Source of the DNA: Candidatus Woesearchaeota archaeon
GTDB lineage: Archaea > Nanobdellota > Nanobdellia > SCGC-AAA011-G17 > JACPIM01
Length of the DNA: 26,922 bases
Direction of reading: 5' to 3'
NCBI GenBank assembly: GCA_964513145.1
Contig: CAZELK010000011.1
Location: 1-26,922, forward strand
A model generated the notes under the pieces. That model ran no database searches. It worked only from the letters and a program-made list of their open reading frames with translations, and was not told the DNA's origin. The position numbers were made by a program, and so were the translations under genes. Of this stretch, positions 1 to 8,031 are shown in pieces. Numbering within the stretch: position 1 is the first letter of the stretch; each line of letters begins with the position of its first letter.

Positions 1-577
1 TATTTATTGGAAGTCCTTTTTTCAAAATCATGTAAACATCATAATGGTCTCTCGGCTTATTTCTTCCAATTGTTGCAGCTGTTTTTTCAGCAATCAATTC
101 TTCTTCTGCAACAGTCTTTATAGAAAATTCTGGTATAAATGGAACATAAAAATGATTTATTTTATGAAGTTCAGATGGCAATGATAGTTTTGCTCTTTGG
201 TTTAGGTCAATAAACACATTATCTTTTCCACCATCAAAACTTACATATTCAACAACAATTCTAAGAAAACCTTCTACGTTTTTATCTTCAGTAATCTCCC
301 CAAATAATCCTGATTTTTTAATGATATCAATTATTTCTTTTTGGACATCAGCTACCTTCGCTGTTAATGAAAAATCAATATCTTCAGATAGTCTTGCATG
401 ATCTAGAAATATTTTATTTAGAGCAGTTCCGCCTTTAAAATAAATTCCATTAACATCTTTTATTAAATAAAGAAGCAAGGTAAGGAAATAATCTTTTGTT
501 AGTTTTCCCCTGTTGAATTTAGTTTTTGCTAAAATATCTTCAAATTCTATATTATTGATTCTCTTAATCTCAGCCAT
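1..577 (-). CDS. AbiEii/AbiGii-family nucleotidyltransferase toxin (type IV TA); runs off the left edge
   Basis: Not in the ORF track; translated by hand from ATG at 577: MAEIKRINNIEFEDILAKTKFNRGKLTKDYFLTLLLYLIKDVNGIYFKGGTALNKIFLDHARLSEDIDF..., later IEELIAEKTAATIGRNKPRDHYDVY. FKGGTAL, R.SEDIDF and EK...R.KPRD.YD are AbiEii motifs. Overlaps the end of the upstream antitoxin by 31 bp. Confidence 0.9.
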   Translation of the reverse strand, partial: MAEIKRINNIEFEDILAKTKFNRGKLTKDYFLTLLLYLIKDVNGIYFKGGTALNKIFLDHARLSEDIDFSLTAKVADVQKEIIDIIKKSGLFGEITEDKNVEGFLRIVVEYVSFDGGKDNVFIDLNQRAKLSLPSELHKINHFYVPFIPEFSIKTVAEEELIAEKTAATIGRNKPRDHYDVYMILKKGLPIN

Positions 578-1104
578 TTTTTTGATTCCTTTTTATTTAG
601 TATTTTAAATTCATGATTCGCTATTTTTTTGATAATGTATTTATTTTTATCAATTCTCCTGATTCTATGAAAATATATTTTAGTATTAAGCAAATTTATT
701 TTACCCTGTTTTTTAGTTATGAATACTTCTAGCGTAAATGGAACTTGATTAGTAAGTCTCCAATAATTTGCAGAAGTCCAGCCACCGATATAATATTCTC
801 CTGAATTACATATTTCATCTACAATAACAAATTCATGAGGAATCCATGCACCAGATTTTGCTTTTATTGGAACAAGATAATACTTGTTTTTATTAAGTTT
901 TATTATTCTTTTCTTTTTTACAAGACGTTTAATTGTGTTATATCTCTGAGATTTATTTTCGAAAAATTGTTCTATTTCTTTTATTGTAAAAAAATACTTT
1001 TGGTAAAATTCAAGCCATGCTATTATTTTTACTTCTAGTTTAGAGAGACCTTTTATCTCAATTTCACTGTTTTTTATGCCTTTTTCAAATTTTTGCTTTT
1101 TCAT
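547..1104 (-). CDS. AbiEi-family antitoxin / transcriptional regulator (type IV TA)
   Basis: N-terminal wHTH-like region (FFTIKEI...IKRLVKKKRIIKLNKNKYYLVP) followed by YYIGGWTSANYWRLTNQVP, matching the AbiEi pattern; lies directly upstream of AbiEii. Confidence 0.82.
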   Translation of the reverse strand: MKKQKFEKGIKNSEIEIKGLSKLEVKIIAWLEFYQKYFFTIKEIEQFFENKSQRYNTIKRLVKKKRIIKLNKNKYYLVPIKAKSGAWIPHEFVIVDEICNSGEYYIGGWTSANYWRLTNQVPFTLEVFITKKQGKINLLNTKIYFHRIRRIDKNKYIIKKIANHEFKILNKKESKKWLRLRESII

Positions 1105-1192
1105 TTTTATCTCAGTTACATTGATTAGTCATATTTTAACTAATTCATGTACCTTATAAACTTGCTGTTTTAGACTAAAAACAAAGATTAAA

Positions 1193-1290
1193 CGGGCCCG
1201 CACGGATTTGAACCGTGGACCCTCTGCTTAGAAGGCAGATGCGCTATTTACCCGAATAAATCAATTTTCACCAGGCTGCGCTACGAGCCC
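1193..1290 (-). tRNA. tRNA-Arg(TCT) with a 23-nt non-canonical D-loop intron (1248-1270)
   Basis: Minus strand folds as GGGCTCG/CGGGCCC acceptor, GCGC/GCGC D-stem, TCTGC-CTTCTAA-GCAGA anticodon arm and CACGG-TTCAAAT-CCGTG T-arm. Removing TGAAAATTGATTTATTCGGGTAA gives D-loop AGCCTGGATA and a 75-nt tRNA; no encoded CCA. Confidence 0.93.
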
Positions 1291-1387
1291 TTATTAAAGT
1301 AATGATAAAAATCAGCTTTTAAATTTTGGGTTTTTGTTTTTTAAAAAAATTTATAAATTCTTTAAAACAACAGAATTTTAAAACAAG

Positions 1388-1843
1388 GTGTTTAAAGTGA
1401 CTAAACCTATTGACGATGGATGGGAATTTCCTGATGCTGGAATTTTATTAGATGAACTTGAAACTAAATTTTTTTTACAAGTTTATAAAAAATCAAATTA
1501 TCCCACTGGAAAAGAATTAAGAAAAATTGCTGAAGATTTAGGCGGTTATGTTGATTATGAATGCCAGACTATGGAAAGATATGATGCAATAAATATTCAG
1601 TTCAGTGACGGATTATTAAGAATTGAAAGACCATGGGTTAATCTAGAAGAATGCAATCATAATGGCCACAAAATTATTTTTTATGGGGAAGGAAACTTAG
1701 CTGATTTAGAAACAGAAATCTGCAGCTATTTAGTTGATCTGCATATTACTGAAAGAAAAATGTCAAAAAAAGATTTTTTAGAATATGATGTTGATGAGAC
1801 TGATAATAAAGACTGGGTTAAAGAAGTCAGCAGCTTGTTTTAG
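1388..1843 (+). CDS. hypothetical protein (acidic, 151 aa)
   Basis: Open frame with GTG start and normal composition; no recognised motif. Confidence 0.6.
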   Translation: MFKVTKPIDDGWEFPDAGILLDELETKFFLQVYKKSNYPTGKELRKIAEDLGGYVDYECQTMERYDAINIQFSDGLLRIERPWVNLEECNHNGHKIIFYGEGNLADLETEICSYLVDLHITERKMSKKDFLEYDVDETDNKDWVKEVSSLF

Positions 1844-1859
1844 TTAATTATTTAAATGT

Positions 1860-2150
1860 TTGAAGTCTAGTAAATTTATGGAAGTGGTGATAGGCTTTAT
1901 TTTAGTTGGCTCTTTAGGCGGATTAGTAAGATCTTTATATGGCTTAATGAAGGCAGTAAACAAGGAGAAAAAAATAAGCTTAAATTATTTTGTTATTACA
2001 ATAGTTACTGCAGGCATTATAGGCGGGATTTTAGGAAGTGTCTTTACAACTGATTATAGAATTACAGCATTGGCTGGATATGCTGGGACTGATGTTTTAG
2101 AGAATATTTTCAAGGGGGCAATTGGAGAAACCATAGTTTTACAAAAATGA
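1860..2150 (+). CDS. small 3-TM membrane protein, DUF4257-like; paralog 1 (alternative ATG start at 1878)
   Basis: Hydrophobic helices with GSLGGLVR and LAGYAGTD motifs; family assignment from recalled motif similarity only. Confidence 0.65.
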   Translation: MKSSKFMEVVIGFILVGSLGGLVRSLYGLMKAVNKEKKISLNYFVITIVTAGIIGGILGSVFTTDYRITALAGYAGTDVLENIFKGAIGETIVLQK

Positions 2151-2416
2151 CAGATATTTTTGTTTCAATTGGCTTTGGAATTTTAGGCGGATTAATAAGA
2201 TTGCTAGTAAGCTTGCTAAAAAGCTATCAGAATTCTGAAAAAATTAAATTTGGAAGATTGTGGTTCTTTTTTATTTTGATAATTAGTGTTGGTGCTTTTT
2301 CAGGAATAATCTTGGGAATTAACAAACAATTAAGTTTACTTGGCGGATATGCTGGAATAGACTTAATTGACGGTTATTTTAAAGCATTCAAAAGAAAGAA
2401 AATAAAATTAAAGTAA
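2147..2416 (+). CDS. small 3-TM membrane protein, DUF4257-like; paralog 2
   Basis: GILGGLIR and LGGYAGID motifs align with the upstream gene; ATGA stop/start overlap. Confidence 0.65.
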   Translation: MTDIFVSIGFGILGGLIRLLVSLLKSYQNSEKIKFGRLWFFFILIISVGAFSGIILGINKQLSLLGGYAGIDLIDGYFKAFKRKKIKLK

Positions 2417-2486
2417 TTTATCTGGGTAACTTTTGGCTTTTAGCCTATAACATTTTATCTTTAGTTTGTAAAATTTTAATTTTATA

Positions 2487-2792
2487 TTAAAATTTATCTT
2501 GTTTTTTCTTTATTTCTTCTTCAGTTACATCTATAATATCAATTCCTTCTTCATCTATAATTTGCTGCATTTCCCAGTATTCTACACCCAAAATCTCAGC
2601 AGCTTCCCTAATGGTTAGTTTTTTTTCCTTTAGTGATTCAATTACTTTTATTTTAAGCTCTTTTTTTAATCCTTCTGCTATTAACTGTCTTATTGCAGTA
2701 GATCTATCTTCTAGTTTTTGTTCTGCATAAAAATCTATTCTTTTTAAAAGATTAGGATATAATGTTGTATTAACTCTAACTACCTTTTCCAT
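2487..2792 (-). CDS. UPF0175-family antitoxin (RHH-like N-terminus plus C-terminal HTH)
   Basis: DRSTAIRQLIAEGLK (RHH-like) and KLTIREAAEILGVEYWEM (UPF0175 HTH); 2 bp downstream of the PIN gene. Confidence 0.8.
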   Translation of the reverse strand: MEKVVRVNTTLYPNLLKRIDFYAEQKLEDRSTAIRQLIAEGLKKELKIKVIESLKEKKLTIREAAEILGVEYWEMQQIIDEEGIDIIDVTEEEIKKKQDKF

Positions 2793-2794
2793 TT

Positions 2795-3277
2795 TTATAA
2801 ACCTCCGACTTTCTCATATAATTTTTTTGCCTTTATAGACAATCTTTTTTGCTGCACTAATTTTTGGAGTAATTCACCGAGTTCTTCTTTTGTTATTCTT
2901 TTTGTGTTAGCTAAATTCAATAAAATATCAGGAGTATTTCTAATTTCAATTTGCTCTGCTTTTGCCCTTCTTCCTAACTTAACATCGTCAACAAAGAGAT
3001 AATCTTTTTTCTCCTTTGCGAAACTTATTACTTTTGAATCTATTTCACTAACTCCTGAAAATCTTTCTGGTTTTTTTAAATTATTAACAAGTATTATTTT
3101 TTCATCAAACATTTTCTTAATTTTTATGGCGTCAGCATATCCTAAATCAATGCCTTTTTCTACGCATTCTTCATATACTTCTTGTATGGTTACAATTTCT
3201 GTTTTCAGTAATTTGAGTAAATCTAATCCCTGTATTTTTGCAAAGCTAATAATAGTTGAGGAATCAATTGACGCCAT
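2795..3277 (-). CDS. PIN-domain toxin, DUF3368/VapC-like
   Basis: IDSSTII, VYEEC, EIDSKVI and LFVDD.K.GRR.A supply the PIN acidic residues. ATG 3277 preferred over 3301 because a TATA-like TTTAAATA lies ~27 bp upstream. Confidence 0.82.
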   Translation of the reverse strand: MASIDSSTIISFAKIQGLDLLKLLKTEIVTIQEVYEECVEKGIDLGYADAIKIKKMFDEKIILVNNLKKPERFSGVSEIDSKVISFAKEKKDYLFVDDVKLGRRAKAEQIEIRNTPDILLNLANTKRITKEELGELLQKLVQQKRLSIKAKKLYEKVGGL

Positions 3278-3291
3278 ACTTAGTATGTCGT
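3271..3291. promoter_or_regulatory. imperfect palindrome over the PIN start codon, putative autoregulatory operator
   Basis: acgccatact-t-agtatgtcgt, with 9/10 arm complementarity, between the TATA-like box (3304-3311) and the ORF. Confidence 0.5.
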
Positions 3292-3384
3292 AAGCATACA
3301 AAGTATTTAAATATATTGGTTACTAATTATTATTCATTAGTGGTAAATAGATAGATTTATAAATTATTTATTTTCTTTAAGATT

Positions 3385-3999
3385 ATGGCAAATCTATTAA
3401 ATTATAAAAGCTCTAACTTAGATATGGAGGTTAAAGAAGAAAAAATTCCTTTAATTATAAAACAAAGAAGATTTTTAGAACAATTAATAGAAGGCAATTT
3501 AGATAAAGTAAAAGAATTAGCAAGTTTGCCTGAGGAAGAAAGAGCTAAAATAGTTAGAGGTTATTGGAAAGGCATAGATTTTGATACTTATTTAGAATTC
3601 TTAGGACTTACTCCAGCTTGGGAATTAAAAGACGAACCAAAATATATTAGAGAAAGAATAATTTACCTTAGCTTAAGAGGCATAAGGGAAGGAGTATTAC
3701 AAATAGCTGAAATAGATCGAATCACAGATCCGGAGAAAATAGCTAGACAAGGAAGTACTTATTTTAGACGAAAGCTTTTAGATCCTTTAGATAGAGAACC
3801 AGCAGATATCAATGAAGAAATTAGAAGAAAAATTGGTATAAATCCAATTAGAGAAGAACTTAAAAAAAGATTAGTAAATGACCCAGTTTTAAATGAATAT
3901 TTTAATAACAAAGGGTATACTTTATTATTTGATGCTTTTTGTGCTGGCATTTCATTAGGCATATCAAGGCAATATGACGGAAACTTCTCAGAAGAATAA
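3385..3999 (+). CDS. hypothetical protein (204 aa, helical)
   Basis: Long open frame with ATG; no recognised motif. Confidence 0.65.
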   Translation: MANLLNYKSSNLDMEVKEEKIPLIIKQRRFLEQLIEGNLDKVKELASLPEEERAKIVRGYWKGIDFDTYLEFLGLTPAWELKDEPKYIRERIIYLSLRGIREGVLQIAEIDRITDPEKIARQGSTYFRRKLLDPLDREPADINEEIRRKIGINPIREELKKRLVNDPVLNEYFNNKGYTLLFDAFCAGISLGISRQYDGNFSEE

Positions 4000-4596
4000 T
4001 CTTTTCTTTTTAATTATAACATCAGTATGCTCAATAACCCAGATTTTCTCAAAAAAATACGTCCCAAACTCAGTAAAAGAAGATTTAAATTCAGTTTCTA
4101 ATTTGTTATATTGCTCTTCTGTTAAAATTTCTTTTTCTTTTAATTCTCTTAATCTAATTTTTGGAAAATCAAGATTAATATCACGAAATCTAAAAGATCC
4201 ATTTAATTGATCAGATAGAAATTTATTATTATAAAATATTCTAACCCAATAATCTCTATTATTAAATATATCTGCAATAATTGTATTATTTTTAGTTTTA
4301 AATCCAATTTTTAATAATTCTTCTAATAATCTTCTTACCTCTCCTCTAGTTGGTATATTTTCCTTTCCTTTTACCAAAACAGTAAATTTATTTTCATCAT
4401 TTGGAATTCTGGCACAATGCTTTCTGTAAAAATCATTAAAATCAATTTCAGAATAAATTATTATTTCAGCTTCTGTTCTTTGTTGAGCCTTATTTTGCTT
4501 TAATAATTCCAAAACTTCTAACTTGTCTTTTATTATAGAAAAATCCTTTAATCGAACAAAAACTTGCTCTGGTTTTTCTTTTATCACAAATCCCAT
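3988..4596 (-). CDS. hypothetical protein (202 aa)
   Basis: Long open frame; first gene downstream of the att-like repeat at 4699. Confidence 0.6.
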   Translation of the reverse strand: MGFVIKEKPEQVFVRLKDFSIIKDKLEVLELLKQNKAQQRTEAEIIIYSEIDFNDFYRKHCARIPNDENKFTVLVKGKENIPTRGEVRRLLEELLKIGFKTKNNTIIADIFNNRDYWVRIFYNNKFLSDQLNGSFRFRDINLDFPKIRLRELKEKEILTEEQYNKLETEFKSSFTEFGTYFFEKIWVIEHTDVIIKKKRLFF

Positions 4597-4626
4597 AAAA
4601 TTCAGATCTGAATAAAATATATGATA

Positions 4627-4719
4627 TTTTTGATAAAAATTACTTAGAAATCTGAGAATTCTTTCACACAGGGCTACCAGCTACTCGCTCAGTAAATGTA
4701 TCGGGCCTACGAGGATTCG
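4627..4719 (-). repeat. att-like repeat: 21-bp tRNA-Arg(TCG) 3' core (4699-4719) plus conserved downstream arm
   Basis: tatcgggcctacgaggattcg is identical to 25336-25356. The flank gctacc-agctactcgct...gtaaatg matches gctaccgagctactcgct...gtagaag at 25293-25335. ttttgataaaa lies ~60 bp from the core in both copies (4628-4638 and 25268-25278). Confidence 0.88.
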
Positions 4720-4724
4720 TTTCT

Positions 4725-4805
4725 TCAGTTTTTAGAATTTAGCAGTTCTTCTGCCTTTGAACAATAGGGACAGCCAGTTAAAGTGTATATTATTACTTCA
4801 GCCAT
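4725..4805 (-). pseudogene. truncated glutaredoxin (GrxC-like N-terminus)
   Basis: Hand translation MAEVIIYTLTGCPYCSKAEELLNSKN*: CPYC active site in the usual beta1-alpha1 context. Stops after 26 aa, 5 bp before the tRNA-derived core. Confidence 0.85.
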
Positions 4806-4879
4806 AAGCCATAATTTATTTTTAAATATATAATTATTTTGACAGAAAACTATTTAATTATGCGCTTTCTAATAAATTT

Positions 4880-5311
4880 ATGGATTTTGGAAACTTTAAT
4901 TGCAGACTTTGCGGCGGAAAATTAGTGCCTAAATTAAATGAGTTAGTATGTTCTAACTGCAAATTTATACAACACCCTTTACAAGACATCCAATTAGAAA
5001 TAAGCCCTGAAAATTTAAAGAAGAAATTTGACAATAAAGAAGATATTTTAATTTTGGATGTAAGGGAAAAATGGGAGCATGAAATGGTTAATATCAAAAA
5101 TTCCAAATCAATGCCTTTAAGGGAATTAAAAGATGGAATTAAAACTCTTGATAAAAATAAATTTACTGTTGTTTTGTGCCATCATGGAGTGGAGAGAAGC
5201 CAATATGCTGCAAGATATTTACTGCAAAATGGTTTTAAGAATGTAAAGTCTCTTGAAGGTGGGATTGAGGCGTGGGCTGCAAAAATTGATAATTCTTTGA
5301 AAAGATATTAA
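4880..5311 (+). CDS. rhodanese-domain protein with N-terminal Zn-ribbon
   Basis: CRLC...CSNC ribbon, then ILDVREKWE and active-site CHHGVERS with NVKSLEGGIEAW (MoeZ/Uba4-type rhodanese domain). Confidence 0.88.
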   Translation: MDFGNFNCRLCGGKLVPKLNELVCSNCKFIQHPLQDIQLEISPENLKKKFDNKEDILILDVREKWEHEMVNIKNSKSMPLRELKDGIKTLDKNKFTVVLCHHGVERSQYAARYLLQNGFKNVKSLEGGIEAWAAKIDNSLKRY

Positions 5312-5312
5312 G

Positions 5313-5666
5313 ATGGATAAAGTTAAAGTCAGCTGGATATTGTTAATTATTTACATGTTTATCATATTTTATTTATCTTCTCTGCCCAAAATAGAAGCTA
5401 TAGAAAAAACACCTGAGTTTTATATTAAAGATAAAATGCTGCATTTTCTAGAATATAGTATTTTAGGTTTTTTCAGCTATAATGCTTTTAAGAACCATGA
5501 ATTTTTAAAAGACAAATTATTCTTTTATGTGATTATGTTTGCAACTATCTATGGTATTACAGATGAATTGCACCAGTTATTTACTCCAAACAGAATTTTT
5601 AGTTTTGGCGATATTATAGCTGACTTTTTTGGAAGTTGTTTTATATTAATAAAGAAATTTCTTTAA
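5313..5666 (+). CDS. VanZ-family membrane protein
   Basis: DKMLHFLEYSILG, YGITDELHQLFTPNRIFSFGDIIADFFG. Confidence 0.9.
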   Translation: MDKVKVSWILLIIYMFIIFYLSSLPKIEAIEKTPEFYIKDKMLHFLEYSILGFFSYNAFKNHEFLKDKLFFYVIMFATIYGITDELHQLFTPNRIFSFGDIIADFFGSCFILIKKFL

Positions 5667-5667
5667 A

Positions 5668-5997
5668 TTATTTTTTCAATTTTCTTCTTTCATAAGTTAA
5701 AAAGAAAACCAGGCCCAACAAAGCAAAAAATATTCCAAAATTTGCACCATAATTAACAGTATTTAATACTGAATAAGAAGTTATTGAATTAGAATTAAAT
5801 GACAAGGCAACAAATATAAATACCATTAAAACTACAAACGCCATCTTAGATACAGCCGGACTTATGACCAGAGTTTTTGAAAAATCTTTTTGAGTTTTGT
5901 TTGGTTTTGATTTTTTGTAAATTTTAGTAATCTGATTTAAAGAACTTTCAAAACTATCTGTAATAGTGCTTAAACTATATGATTGCCTCTTTTTCAT
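5668..5997 (-). CDS. hypothetical membrane protein (2 C-terminal TM helices)
   Basis: Two hydrophobic segments separated by NSITSYSV; basic C-terminal tail. Confidence 0.65.
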   Translation of the reverse strand: MKKRQSYSLSTITDSFESSLNQITKIYKKSKPNKTQKDFSKTLVISPAVSKMAFVVLMVFIFVALSFNSNSITSYSVLNTVNYGANFGIFFALLGLVFFLTYERRKLKK

Positions 5998-6069
5998 ACA
6001 AACTTATTGGTTATTTACATTTATAAATTTTTTTAAGGAAAATTTTCAAGAAAAATAGAAATGTTTTAC

Positions 6070-6090
6070 ATCTTTCGGAAATCTTTCGGA
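6070..6090. promoter_or_regulatory. direct repeat atctttcgga x2 (11-bp period) in divergent intergenic region
   Basis: Exact copies at 6070-6079 and 6081-6090, between the divergent genes starting at 5997 and 6202. Confidence 0.35.
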
Positions 6091-6201
6091 TTTTTGTTAC
6101 TAAATAGTACTTAAGAATATAAATATTTAAAAACGGCTGGCTGAAATTTTCTTTTAAGCTTTTTTCGAAAAAAGAGATTAGAAAATTTTGGGGGTGGTAT
6201 A

Positions 6202-7470
6202 ATGAAAAAAATTATTTTGTGTTTGCTGCTTTTGTTTTTAGTGAAAGCAGTTTCTGGAGAAATAGTTTTAACAGAGATAATGTATGATCCAACTCAAGGA
6301 AGTGACACAGATTTAGAATGGGTTGAAATTTACAATAACGGAAGTTCAAGTGTAAATTTAAGCTTGTGGACAATAGATGACAAGAATTTTGAAGATGTTA
6401 CAATTAAACCAAACGAATTTGTTGTAATTGCAAGGGAACTTATAGATGGGACAGATGTTGACAATGAAAGCTTTGAAAGCTTTTATGGAAATAATGATGG
6501 TGTGTGGAACAATCTTGACGGAAACTTTATTGCTTTAGATGGGGATTTTAGTTTAACTGACATAGATAAAATTAATTTATCTGACGGAGTTTACTTAGAA
6601 ACTTTAGAGTACAATACTTCCTTTGGCGGCAATGGAAATGGATTTACTATAGAAAAGATTGATGTAAATACAGGAAATTTCTTTGACAACTGGAGACAAT
6701 CCAAAGTTAGCGGGGGAACTCCTGGTTATGGAAATGTGCAGAAAGACGGATCAAACAATCTTGGTGTTTTAGTTGATGTTGCTGCTTCGACTCCTTTGAT
6801 AAGCCTTTTCAATATAACTGATGACAATGAAGAAACGAATGTACAGATAAGGCCAAATGTAAAAACTGAAAAAGCTATATTGATGGATGTTATAATTAAC
6901 AGCTCAGCAGGCTTAGACAATATTGAAAGCGTAAATTCTGAAGTTGGAGGAAGAAAAACAACTTTTTCCAAGAGCTATGGATTAGACCAATTTTCCGGAG
7001 TTTATAATGGGAGTGCATTGATGAATTATTTTGATAAGCCAGGAATTTACAAAATAAATCTAAGTGTTTCTGACAAATTCAACAATACCAATAGCTTGCT
7101 TGTTGATTTTGAATATCTCGGGTTATTATCCATATCTCTGGATAAAAATGCAGTTAATTTCGGCAGGATGGAACCAGGCAAGTCCAGCTCAGACAAGATT
7201 AAAGTAATTAACCAGGGCAATGTTGATATTGATCTCGAGTTATTTGGAAATGACTTGGAAAGCGGCTTGAACAAGATAAATGTCAGCAATCTGGAGCTTA
7301 ATTATGATGATAAAAACAGGGCTTTGGATTACAGACCAAGTTTAATTGATTTTAATTTAATTAGCGGGCTTGAAGCAAATAAAGATTTACTAGTTAAATT
7401 AAACTTGCCAATTACAACTATGCCTAGTGTTTACGCTGGAAATATCAACTTAGTCGGAATTGCAAAATGA
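6202..7470 (+). CDS. secreted lamin-tail-domain (LTD) surface protein with C-terminal Ig-like/pilin-like domains
   Basis: Signal peptide MKKIILCLLLLFLVKAVSG; LTD motifs IVLTEIMYDP, EWVEIYN and GTPG; beta-rich C-terminus ending YAGNINLVGIAK. Confidence 0.85.
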   Translation: MKKIILCLLLLFLVKAVSGEIVLTEIMYDPTQGSDTDLEWVEIYNNGSSSVNLSLWTIDDKNFEDVTIKPNEFVVIARELIDGTDVDNESFESFYGNNDGVWNNLDGNFIALDGDFSLTDIDKINLSDGVYLETLEYNTSFGGNGNGFTIEKIDVNTGNFFDNWRQSKVSGGTPGYGNVQKDGSNNLGVLVDVAASTPLISLFNITDDNEETNVQIRPNVKTEKAILMDVIINSSAGLDNIESVNSEVGGRKTTFSKSYGLDQFSGVYNGSALMNYFDKPGIYKINLSVSDKFNNTNSLLVDFEYLGLLSISLDKNAVNFGRMEPGKSSSDKIKVINQGNVDIDLELFGNDLESGLNKINVSNLELNYDDKNRALDYRPSLIDFNLISGLEANKDLLVKLNLPITTMPSVYAGNINLVGIAK

Positions 7471-8030
7471 AAATTATTTATTTTTTAATTTTTATTTTAA
7501 TTTCATTTAATGCTTTTGCTTTTGGTGTAAGTCCAAGTAATTTTGAAGTTATGTTAAATAATAATGAAGGCATTGAAAAAGAATTTACTTTAATTAATGA
7601 TGATTATGAAACTAAAGAGTTTGAAATAAAAAGTTATGGGATTGATTTTATTAATTTTACAGAATTTACCTTTAAAATTGCACCACAAAGCCAGGAAAAT
7701 ATTAAATTTTCAATTAATGTTCCTTATGAAACTAATGAAGGAATTTATGAGGGCAGAATTTATATCAACAAAATAAAGCATGAAGAAGGTGGTGTTAACT
7801 TAGATGCTTTACTTGGAATTAAAATTAAAGTAAATGTAATAAGTAATTTTACTGAAAATTATTTTGCTGAAGGAATAAATTCAGAAAATAAATATTTACA
7901 AAATAGAAATGATAATTTTTTAGATGAATTTACTGAAAATCCTGAGATTTTTGTATTTTATATTTTGATTGCAGTAATATTATTTGCTTGTATTTTTGTA
8001 ATATGCAGGAATATATTGAAAAATAATTAA
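7467..8030 (+). CDS. membrane-anchored Ig-like protein, DUF916/WxL-interacting or pilus-chaperone-like
   Basis: Signal peptide, FGVSPSNFEV, FTLIN, YEGRIYI and GIKIKVNV, then a C-terminal TM helix; ATGA overlap with the LTD gene. Confidence 0.6.
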   Translation: MKIIYFLIFILISFNAFAFGVSPSNFEVMLNNNEGIEKEFTLINDDYETKEFEIKSYGIDFINFTEFTFKIAPQSQENIKFSINVPYETNEGIYEGRIYINKIKHEEGGVNLDALLGIKIKVNVISNFTENYFAEGINSENKYLQNRNDNFLDEFTENPEIFVFYILIAVILFACIFVICRNILKNN

Positions 8031-8031
8031 A

